Assembly: GCF_009914755.1 (NCBI RefSeq)
Contig: NC_060930.1
Length of the DNA stretch: 64,000 nucleotides
Source: the human T2T-CHM13v2.0 reference genome, Homo sapiens
Direction: 5' to 3' (one strand)
The position numbers and the translations under genes are program-made. Under the pieces are notes generated by a model. It had not been told where the DNA came from. It ran no database searches and saw nothing but the letters and a program-made list of their open reading frames with translations. The first letter of the stretch is position 1. The number at the start of each line of letters is the position of its first letter. Below are positions 1-15,697 of the stretch, piece after piece.

Positions 1-35
1 ATAATATTACTCCCAATATCGCAGGGGGTTGTGTA

Positions 36-3000
36 AACGCCGTGCAATATTGGGATTAATATCATCCTCTCCCCCACTGGATATGAGAAACAATATCACA
101 GGGGGTGTGTACACTTACTGTGATATTGTGAGCAATATCATCCTCTCCCCTTCTGGATATTAGAAACAATATCACAGGGATGTGTACACCCCCTGTGATA
201 TTGAAAGTTATATCATCCTCTCTCCACCTGGATATAAGGAAGAATATCAAAGGGGGGTGTACACCCTCTAAGATATTGGGAGTAATATTGTTCTTCCCTC
301 CTGGATATTAAAAACAATATCACATGTGGGTGTACACTCCCTGCGATATTGGGAGTAATATTATCCTCTTCCAATTTGGATACAGGGTACAGTATCACGG
401 GGGGGATGTGTGTACATCCCCTGCAATTTTAAGAGTAATATTATACTTTCCCCCATAAATATTAAAAACAGTATCACAGGGGGGTTGTACATTATCTGCA
501 TTGTTGAAAGTAATATTATCTTCTCTTCCCCTGGATATTTGGAACAATATCACAGAAAGGGTGTACCCCCCTTGCGATGTTAAGAGTAATATAATCCTCT
601 CCCATGGTGGATATTAGAAACCATATCACAGGAATGTGTACATCCCATGGATATTGAAAATAATATCATCTTATTTTCCCATAAATATTAGTAAGAATAT
701 CATGGGACAGGGGGTGTACTCCCTCTGCGATGTTGAAAGTAATATGTTCCTCTTCCTCCTGGGTATTAAATACAACATAAAAAGGTGGGTGTATAGCCCC
801 GTGATATTGAAAGTTATATCATCCTCCCCTTTCCTGGATATTAGGCACAATATGACAGGGGGGTGTACCCCTATGTGATATTTGGAGTAATATCATCCTC
901 ATTCTTCCAGGATATTAGGAACAATATCACAGGAAGGGTGTACATCCCTGCAATACTTGGAGTAACATCACCTTCTCCCCCTCTAAATATTAGAAACGAC
1001 ATTATAGGGGGGTGTACACACTATGCGATATTGGAAGTGATACTATTCTTCCCTCCACCCCCGCTCTGGATATTAGGGACAGTATCACAGGGCGGGTGTC
1101 CATTTCCAGTAATATTGGGAGTAATATCATCCTCTCCCTTTCTTGATATTAGGAACAATATCACAGAGGGGATGTACACTCCCTGCGATATTGGGAGTAA
1201 TATCCTCTCCCTTTCTGATTATTAGGAACAATATCACGGGGGGGTGTACACCCACTGCGATATTAGAAATAATATCATCCTCTCTGCCCCTGGATACTAG
1301 AAACAGTATGACAGAAAAGTTGTAACCCTCTACGACGTTGGGAGTAATATCCTCCTCTTTGCCACTTGGTATTAAAAACAATATCAAAAAGGGGGTGTAC
1401 AACCCCTGCAATATTGCGGTAACATCATCCTCAACTCTCCTGGATATTAGAAACGATATGACAGGAGGGGTGTAAAACCCCTGCGATATTGAGAGAAATA
1501 TCATTCTCCCCCCAACTGGATATTAGGAACAGTATCATTAGAGGAGGTGTACACCTTGTGCGATATTGGGAGTAATATCATCTTTCCCACCTTGGATATT
1601 GGGAACAATATCAAAGGCGGGGTGTACATCTGCTGTGATATTGAGATTAATATTATCCTCTCCATTTTTGAATATAAGGTACAATATCACAGAGGGAGTT
1701 TACCCATCTTGCGATATTGAAAGTAATATCATTATCTCTCCCACCCCCAGATATTAGAAACAATATCACAATGGCAGTGTACACCCCCTGCGCTATTGGG
1801 AGTAACATCATCTTCTCTCGCTTTAGATATTAAAAACATTATCACAGGGGAGAGGGGTGTACACAACCTGCGATATTCGGAGTAATATCATTTTCTCCCC
1901 CCCCGGATATTAAAAATAATATTACAGGGGAAAATACACCCCCTGCGATGTTGGGAGTAATATCATCCTCATTCTTTCTAAATATTAAGAACAATATCAT
2001 AGGGTAAGTGGGCATCCCTGTAATATTGGGATTAATACAATCTTCTGCCCACCACCCCCGCCCGAGATATTAGAAACAATATCACAGCGGGTTGTACACC
2101 CCCTGCTATGTTGGGAGTAATATCATGCTCTCCCCTCCACGATATTAGGAACAATATCACAAGCCGGGGGGGGGGGGGTTGTACACTGCAATATTGGTAG
2201 TAATATCATCATTTTGGCCCTGTATATTAGTAACAATATCACAGGGGGTGTACACCCCATACGATATTGGGAGTAATATCATCGTTCCCCATCTTGATAT
2301 AACGAACAATATCACAGGACAGTGTACACCCCCTGCGATATTGGGAGTAATATTATCCCCTCCCCCCCGGGATATTACGAACAATACCACAGAAAAGTGT
2401 TCACCCCCTGTGATAATGGAATTAGTACCATATGCTTCCACCCTCGATATTACTAACAGTATCACAAAGTTGTGAACACCCCCTGCGATATTGGGAGTAA
2501 TATCATCCTCTCCCTTCCTGGATATTAAGAACAATATTACAAGCAGGTGTACACACAGGGTTTTATGATATTGTGATTTTTATCATCCTCTCTCCCCCTG
2601 GATATTTCAAACAATATCACTGGAGCGTGTACCCCTCCTGCAATATTCAGAGTAATATTAGCCTCTCCCTCCCTAGATATTACAAAAAATATCACAGGAA
2701 GGTGTACACCTCCTGTGATATGGGGAGTAATATCATCCTCTCTTCTGCATATTACTAACAACATCACAGGGAGGTAATATCATCCTCTCCCCCCATGGAT
2801 ATTAAAAACAATATCACAAGGGAATGTACACTCCCTGCGATATGGAGAGTAATATTCTTCTCTCCTTTTCTGGCTATTACGAACAATATCACAAGGGGGT
2901 GTATACCCTCTGTAGTATAGGGAGAAATATCAACGTCTCTTTCCCTGAATATTACGAACAACATCACCAAATGGCGTACTCCCCCTGCGATATGGAAAGT

Positions 3001-5792
3001 AATGTCATCCTCTCCCCTCCTAGATATTACAAACGATATCACAGGGGTGTGTACACCTCTTGCGGTATGGGGAGTAGTATCCTCTTCTCCCTCCCTGGAT
3101 ATTACAAACAATATCACATGAGTGTGTGTGCCCCCTGGGATATGGGGAGTAATGTCATCTTCTTCTCCCCTAAATATTACAAACAATATCTCAGGGGGTG
3201 TTACACACCCTGCAATATGGGAAGTAATATTATCCTCTCACATCCTGGAAATTAGGAACAATATCATAGGTGGGTGTACACCTCCTGTGATAATGGGGAG
3301 TAATATTATCCTCTCCCTAATTGAATAGTATAAACAATATTACTGAAGGGTGTACACCTCCTGCAATATGGGGAGTAATATCATTTTCTCCACCCCTGGA
3401 TATTACAAGCAATATCACAAAGGGGAGTACACACCCTGTGATATAGGGAGTAATATTATCCTTTCTCCGCTCTGGATATTACGAGAAAAATCACAGAGGG
3501 GTGTACACTTTCTGTGACATAGGAAGCAATATCATCCTATCCCAACCCCATATATTACAAACAATATCTCAGGAGGGTATACACCCACTGTGATATGAGG
3601 AGTAGTATCATCCTCTCCCCCTCCTGGATATTACGAACAGTATCACAGGGTGTTTTGCACCCCCTGAGATATTCGGAGTAATATTATCTTCTTTCCCCTG
3701 AATATTAGAAACAATTTCTCAGGGGGGTGTATACCCCCTTAGATATTGGGAGTAATATTATTGTCTTCCTTTTTAGATATGACGAATAACTTCACAGGAG
3801 AGTATACACCCCCTGCGATATTTGGAGTAATATCCTCTCCCCACCCCCCGGATATTACAAAAATTATCACAGAAGGGTGTACATCCTCTGCAATATTGGG
3901 AGGAATATCACCCTCTCCCTTTTTGGATATTACAAGCAATATCACAGGGAAGTAATATCATCCACTTTCCCCTTGAATATTACGAACAATATCACAGGGG
4001 GAAGTGTACACTCCATGCGATATGGGGAGGAATATCATCCTCTCCTCCCCTAGATATTACAAGTAATATTACAGGAAGGTGTACACCCTTTGCGATATGG
4101 GGAGTAATATCATCCTCTCTCTTCTTGATATGACGAAAAATATCACAGGGAAATGTGCACCCCTGTGATATAAGAAGTAATATCATCCTGTCCCTCCCTG
4201 GATATTATGAACAATATCACTGGGGGCATGCACTCTCTGCGATATGGGGAGTAATGTTATCCCCTCAAGAGCTGGATATTACAAACAATATCACAGAGGG
4301 GTGTACACACCTGGGATATGGGGGAGTAATATTATCCTCTCTCCCATGGATATTATGAGCATTATCACAGGGAAGGTGTCCACCCTTGCGATATGGGGAG
4401 TAATATCATCATTTACCCCCAGTATATTATGAAAAATATCACAGGGCGGTGTACACCCTTTGTGATATGGAGTGCAATATTATCCTCCCTCCCAAATATT
4501 AAGAACAATATCACAGGGGACAGTACACCTCCCGTAATATGGGGAGTAACTTCATCCTCTTTCCCACAGGATATGAAAAATATCACACAGGGGTGTACAC
4601 CCCTGTGATATTCAGAGTAATATTATCTTCTCATTCCCTTAATATTACATACAATATCACAGAAGGGTGTACACCCCTTGCGATATTGGAAGTAATATCA
4701 TCTGCTCTTCTTTTGGATATTATGAATAATATCACAGGGGATTCTACACTTCCTGGGATATAAAGAGTAATATCATCTTCTCCCCACCTGGATATTACAA
4801 ACAATATGACAGAGGGGTGTACACCTTCTGCAATATTGGGAGTAATATCATCCTCTTCCTCTCTAGATATTACAAACAATATCACAGGAAGGTGTACACC
4901 CCTGCGATATAGGGAGTAATATCATCCTCACCCCCCCAAATATTACAAACAATATTACAGGAGGGTGTACACCCGCTGTGATATTGAGGTTAATATCATT
5001 TCTTTCCACCTGAATACTACGAACAATAGAACAGAAAAGTGTTCAACCCCTGAGATATTGGGAGTAATATCACGCTCTCCCCTCCAGATAATAGCAAAAA
5101 TATCACAGGTTGGTGTACACCCCCTGCGAAATTGGGAGTAATATCATCCTTTCCCTGCTTTGATATTATGAAAAATATCACAAGGAGGTGTACAACCCCC
5201 TGCGATATTAACAGTAATAACATACTCTCACACCTGGATATCATGACCAGTATTACATAGGGGTGTACAGCCCCTGCAATATTAAGACTAATATCATCCT
5301 CTTTCCCCCTGGATATTGTGAACAATATCACAGAGCCTGTACAATCTTTGCGATGACATTGGGAGTAATGTCATTTTTTCCACCAGTGGATATTACAAAC
5401 AATATCACAGGGGGATGCACAACCTCTTGGATATTGGGAATAATTTTATGCTCCCCCCCGAAAATTATAAACAATATCACAGTGGAGTGTACACTCCTTG
5501 CGGTATTGGAATACCATCCTCTCCCCCTCTGAATATTATGAACAATATCACAGGAAGGTGTACACTCTTTGCAATATTGGGAGTAATATCACCCTCTCCT
5601 CTTCTAGATATTACAAACAATATCATACGATGGCATATGCACCCTGTGATATTGGGAGTAATATCATCCTCTACCACCCTGGGTATTACAAATGATATCA
5701 CAGAGGATGCACACACAGGGTGTTTACGATGTTGGGAGTAATATCAACTCCCTCTTAAATATTACAAACAATATCACAGGGGGGTGTACACC
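36..5792 (+). repeat. Satellite block in orientation A (acaatatcacagg-GTGTACAC-cctgcgatattgggagt)
   Basis: Monomers read ...aacaatatcacagg..gtacac..cctgcgatattgggagtaatatcatcctctcc on the + strand throughout. Confidence 0.9.
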
Positions 5793-8700
5793 AGAATATC
5801 CATGGGAAAATACTCCCAAAATCGCAGGAAGAGTACACCCTCCCTGTGATATTGTACCTTATATTCAGAAAGGGAGAGAATGCTATTACTCCCAATATCG
5901 CAGCGCGTGTACATTCCCCTTGTGATATTGTTCCTAATATCCAGGGTGGGGAAGGATGATATTACCCTCAATATCGCAGCAGGTGTATGCCTTCCTTGTG
6001 ATATTGTTCCTAATATCCAGTTATGGAGGGGATGATATTTCTCCCAATATCGCAGGGTGTGTACACCCCCCTGTGGTATTGTTTCTCATATCCAGAGGCG
6101 GAGAGGATGATATTACTTCCAGTGTCGCAGGGGGCATACACCCCTTCTGTGATATTGTTCCTAATATCCTAAAGGAGAGAGGATAATATTATTCCCAATA
6201 TCACAGGATGTGTATATCCCCTCTGTGATACTGTTCCTAATATTCAAAGGGGGAGTAGATGATAGCACTCCCAATATTGCAGGGAGTGTACACCCTCTTT
6301 GTGATATTGTTCCTAAGATCCTGGGAAAAACAGAAAGATGTTACTCCCAATATCGCAGAAAGTGTACAACCCCCCTGTGATATTGTTCCAAATATTCATG
6401 GGGGGAGATGATATTACTCCTAATATCGCAGGAGGTGTACACCACCACTGTGATATATTTACTAATATATAGGGAAGAAGAAAATATTACTCCCAATGTC
6501 TCAGGGGGTGTACACCCACCCTGTGATATTGTTCCTAATACCCAGAAGGAGACAAGATGATATTACCCTGAATATCTCAGGCGGTGTACACTTCCCCTAT
6601 AATATTGTTACTAATATCACAAGGGGGAGAAAAGGACATCACTCTCAATATCGCAGAGGGTGTACACCCCACGTTATATTTCCTGAATATCCAAATGGGG
6701 AGAGGATATTACTCCACATATCACAGACGGTGTACACCCCTCTGTAACACTCTTGCTAATATCCAAAAAGGGAGAGGATAATAATACTCTCAATATCGCA
6801 GGGGTGTACACCTCTTCTGTGATAATGTTCGTAATATCCAGGGTTGAAAATAATAATATTATGCCCAATATCACAGGGGGTGTACATCCCCCAGGTGACA
6901 ATGTTTCTAATATCCAGTGGAGACAGGATAACATTACTTCCAATATCTCAGGGGGTGTACACACCTTCTGTCACATTGTTTCTAATATCCAAAGAAAGAG
7001 AGGATAATATTACACCCAACATCACCAGGGGTGTACACCTCCCTTGTGATATTTTTCCAAATGTTCGGAGAGAGAAAGAGAGGATGATATTGCGCCCAAT
7101 ATTACAGGGGGTGAACCACCCCTTGTGATATTGTTCCTAATATTTAGGGTGGGAGAGAATGATATTCCTCCCAATATCACAAGGGGTGTACATACTTCCT
7201 GTGATATTGTTCCTAATATCCAGGGAAGAGAGGATGATATTACTTCCAATATTGCAGGGAGTGTACACCCCTTCTGTGATACTGTTTCCAATATCCAAGG
7301 GAAGAGAGCATAATCTTTCTCCCAATGTAAAAGGGGGTGTAAACCCACCTTGTGATATTGGTTTTAATATCCAGGAAACAAGAGGATACTATTAGTACAA
7401 ATATCGCAGGGGGTGTACAAACCCCTGTGATATTGTTTCTAATATCCAGGGGTAAAGAGAATGATATTACTCCCAATATCGCATAAAATGTATATTCACA
7501 ATGCGATATTGTTTCCGATATCCAGAGAGGGAAAGGATAATATGACTGTCAATATCAAAGGGGGTGTACGGCCCCCCTGTGATATTGTTTTTGATATCCA
7601 GGGGGGGGAGAGGATAACATTACTCCCAGTATCGCAAGGGGTGTACACCACCCCTGTGATAATTTTCCTAATATCCAGGGGTGGAGAGGTTGCTGTTACT
7701 CTCAATATTGTAGGGGTGTACACATCTCTTGTGGTATTCTTCCTAATATCCAGAAGAAAAAAGATGACATTACTCCCAATATCGCAGCAGGGGTACACCC
7801 CTTTGTGATATTGTTCCTAACATATAGGGGGGAGAAAATGATATGACTCTCAATGTCGCAGAGGGTGTACACACCCCCGTGATATTGTTCCTAATATCCA
7901 AAAGGACAGAGGAGAATATTACTCCTAATATTGCAGGGGGTGTACACACCCTTTGTGAGATTGTTCCTAATATCCAAGAAGAAAGAGGATGATATTACTG
8001 TCAATATCGCAGGGTGTGTACATCCCCCCTGTTATATTGTTTCTAATATCCACGGGGGAGAGGATGATATTACTTCCAATATTACAAGTGGTGTACACCT
8101 CACTGTCATATTGTTCTTAATAATCAGAGGGGGAGAGGATGATATTACTCTCAATATCGCAGAGGTTGTACACCCCCCCCATTATATTGTTCCTAATATC
8201 TAGGTGGGGAGATGAAGATATTACTCCCAATATCGCAGGAGGTGTATACCACTCCCGTGATTTTGTTCCTAATATTCAGTAGGGAGAGAGAATGATATTA
8301 CTCCCCAAAATGCAGGGGATGTACAACCTCCTGTAATATTGTTTTTAATATCCAGGGGGGAGAGGATGATATTACACCCAATATCAAAGGGGGTGTCCAC
8401 CCCTTCTGTGATATTGTTTTTAATATCCATGTGGGGAGAGGATATTACCTCCAATATCACAGAGGGTGTAAACCCACCCTGTGAGACTGTTCCTAATATC
8501 CAAGGAGGGAGAGCTTGATATTCCTTCCAGTATTGCAGGAAGTGTTCACATCCCCTGTGGTATTGTTCCTCTTACCCAGAAGGGAGAGGATGACGTTACT
8601 CCCAATATAGCAAGGGGTGTACACTTTTTTGATATTTTTCCTAATATTTAATGGAGAGAAAATTATATTACTCCCAATATTGCAGAGAATGTACATGCTT

Positions 8701-10360
8701 CCTCTGATAGTTTTTAATATCCAGGGTTGGAGGGGATAATATTACAACCAGTTTCGCAGGAGGTGTACTTTTCCCTTGTGATATTCTTCTTAATACCTAA
8801 GGGGGGAGAGGATGATATTACTCTCAATATTGCAGGGGGTGTACATCCTCGCTGTGATATTTTTCCTAATATCCAGTGGAGGAGAGGATGTTATTACTTC
8901 CAATATTGCAAGGGATGTACACCACCCTAGTGATATTATTCCTAATATTCAGGGCAAGAGAGGATGATATGACTCTCAATATCGCAGGGTGTGTCCCCCG
9001 ATACTGTTTTTAATATCCAGGTGGGGAGAAGATGATGTTATTCCCAGTACGGCAGGAGGTGAACATTCCCCCATGATATTGTTCCCAATAATTATGAGGG
9101 GAGAGGATGATATTCCCTCAAAATCGCAGGGGGTGTACACCCTCTATGTGATACTCTTCCTAATATCCAGGGGAAAGAAGATGATATTACTCCCAATATC
9201 GCAGGGGTGTACACTCCCTGTTATATTGCTTCTAATATCTACAGAATGAGAGGATGATATTACTCCCAATATCGCAGGGGTTGTATACCCCTTTGAGATA
9301 TTTTTCCTAGTATCCCGACTGGAAGAAGATGATATTACTCCCAATATCACGAGGAGTGGACACATCCCCTGTGATATTTTTACTAATATCCAGCGGGTAG
9401 AAGATGATATTACTCCCTCTATTGCAGGGGTATACACCCCCCTTTTGATATTGTTAACAGTTTCCAGGAGCAAAGATGATAATATTAGTGTCAATATTAT
9501 AGGGGGTGTACACACCCTCTGTGATACTGTTTCTAATATCCAGTGGAAAAGAGGATAATACTAATTCCAATATCGAAGGTGGTTTAAACCCCCCTGTGAT
9601 ATTGTTGTGAATATCCAGGGGGGAGAGCATGATATTACTTCCAATATTGCAGGAGGTGTACATCCCCCCCTGTGATATTGTTCCTAATATTCAGGAGGGA
9701 AGATTATGATATTACTACCAGTATCACAGGGGCTGTACACCCCCTCTGTGTATTGTTCCTAATACCCAGGAGAGAAGAGTATGATATTACTCCCAATATT
9801 GCAGGGTGTGTACTCCCCACCGTGATATTGTTTTTAATTTCTAAAAGAAAAGAGAATGATATTATTCCAAATACTGAAAAGGGGGTACACCCCCCGTGAT
9901 ATTATTTCTAATATTCAGGTGGGGAGAGGATACTATTACTCCCAACCTCATAGGTGAGGGGAACATCCCCTCTGTGATATTGTTCTCAATATCCATGGGT
10001 AGAAAGGATAATATTACTCCCAATATGGCAGGAAGTGTACACCCCCCCTCCGTGATGTTGTTCCCAAAATCCAGGTTCTGAGAGGATGATATTGCTTTCA
10101 ATAGCACAGCCAGTGTACATCTTGCCCGTGATATTGTTTTTAATATCCACCGGCGAGGAGGATAATATTACTTGCAATATTGCAGGGGCTGTACAGCCCT
10201 CCTGTGATGTTGTTCTTACTATCCAGAAAGGAAAAAAAGCGGTATTACTCTCAATAGTGCAGGGGATGTACACCCCATCCCCCCCGTGATATTGTTCCTC
10301 ATATGCAAAAGGGGAGAGGATAATATTACTGCCAATATCGCAGGTGGTGTACACAACCCC
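5793..10360 (-). repeat. Satellite block in the opposite orientation
   Basis: Monomers read ggagaggatgatattactcccaatatcgcagg..gtacac..cctgtgatattgttcctaatatcc, the reverse complement of block A. Confidence 0.9.
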
Positions 10361-10807
10361 ATGCAAGTCAGATTAGTGTTGAGGATCCAGCATTCCTCGA
10401 GCAATCAATTTAAAATCTGAATAATCCTTTTGCAGAAAAGAGAATAAAGCAGAGGACAAAGAAAGGCAAATAAAAGAAATATAGAAATCCAGCACAAACA
10501 TCTGAAATTTCTGATTCCCATATTTTTACTATTGTGTTCTGAAATATTCTCATATAGAACTAATCCCCATCCTTTTGTAATTTTTTAAATTTATTTATTA
10601 TTAGTATACTTTAAGTTTTAGGGTACATGTGCACAATGTGCAGGTTAGTTACATGTGTATACATGTGCCATGCTGGTGCGCTGCACCCACTAACTCCTCA
10701 TCTAGCATTAGGTATATCTCCCAGTGCTATCCCTTCCCCCTCCCCCCACCCCACAACAGTCCCCAGAGTGTGATGTTCCCCTTCCTGTGTCCATGTGTTC
10801 TCATTGT

Positions 10808-14620
<3,813 letters not shown>

Positions 14621-14683
14621 TATGATGTTAGCTGGTTATTTTGCTCATTAGTTCATGCAGTTTCTTCCTAGTCTCAATGGTCT

Positions 14684-15697
14684 TTACATTTTGGCATGAT
14701 TTTGCAGCGGCTGGTACCGGTTGTTCCTGTCCATGTTTAGCGCTTCCTTCAGGAGCTCTTCTAGGGCAGGCCTGGTGGTCACGAAATCTCTCAGCATTTG
14801 CTTGTCTGTAAAGTATTTTATTTCTCCTTCACTTATGAAGCTTAGTTTGGCTGGATATGAAATTCTGGGTTGAAAATTCTTTTCTTTAAGAATGTTGAAT
14901 ATTGGCCCCCACTCTCTTCTGGCTTGTAGAGTTTCTGCCGAGAGATCTGCTGTTAGTCTGATGGGCTTCCCTTTGAGGGTAACCCGACCTTTCTCTCTGG
15001 CTACCCTTAACATTTTTTCCTTCATTTCAGCTTTGGTGAATCTGACAATTATGTGTCTTGGTGTTGCTCTTCTCAAGGAGTATCTTTGTGGCGTTCTCTG
15101 TATTTCCCGAATCTGAATGTTGGCCTGCCTTGCTAGATTGGGGAAGTTCTCCTGGATAATATCCTGCAGAGTGTTTTCGAACTTGGTTCCATTCTCCCCG
15201 TCACTTTCAGGTACACCAATCAGACGTAGATTTTGTCTTTTCACATAGTCCCATATTTCTGGGAGGCTTTGTTCGTTTCTTTTTATTCTTTTTTCTCTAA
15301 ACTTCCCTTCTCACTTCATTTCATTCATTTCATCTTCCATTGCTGATGCCCTTTCTTCCAGTTGATCGCATCGGCTCCTAAGGCTTCTGCATTCTTCACA
15401 TAGTTCTCGAGCCTTGGTTTTCAGCTCCATCAGCTCCTTTAAGCACTTCTCTGTATTGGTTATTCTAGTTATACATTCTTCTAAATTTTTTTCAAAGTTT
15501 TCAACTACTTTGCCTTTGGTTTGAATGTCCTCCCGTAGCTCGGAGTAATTTGATCATCTGAAGCCTTCTCTCAGTTCGTCAAAGTCATTCTCTGTCCAGC
15601 TTTGTTCCGCTGCTGGTGAGGAACTGCGCTCCTTTGGAGGAGGAGAGGTGCTCTGCTTTTTAGAGTTTCCAGTTTTTCTGCTCTGTTTTTTCCCCAT
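14684..15697 (-). pseudogene. L1 ORF1p, disrupted by an in-frame TGA at codon 129
   Basis: ATG at 15697 (MGKKQSRKTGNSKKQS); CGA>TGA at 15313-15311; C-terminal 186 aa open (RPNLR-like, ARREWG, YPAKLS) ending NHAKM*; 1014 bp, so one codon shorter than the canonical 1017. Confidence 0.92.

Larger units (their letters stand above)
1..10360. repeat. ~75-bp tandem satellite array, SATR1/SATR2-like (roughly 135-140 diverged monomers; continues off the left edge)
   Basis: Recurrent unit ggatattaggaacaatatcacagggggtgtacaccccctgcgatattgggagtaatatcatcctctcccccct; TGTACAC cores at 108, 183, 258, 331 (73-75 bp spacing). Ends at ~10360. Family name is from recall. Confidence 0.9.

Noticed and set aside
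2166-2178. G13 run as a functional G-quadruplex
   Set aside because: A single expanded homopolymer within one monomer, with no further support.
1-10360. CRISPR-like array (regularly spaced palindromic repeats)
   Set aside because: The sequence between palindromes is itself repeated rather than unique, the repeats are heavily diverged, there are no cas genes, and the context is primate Alu/L1 DNA.
62-10404. About 55 overlapping ORFs as a repeat-protein gene family
   Set aside because: They result from a 75-bp period, occur on both strands in several frames and are broken by frequent indels.
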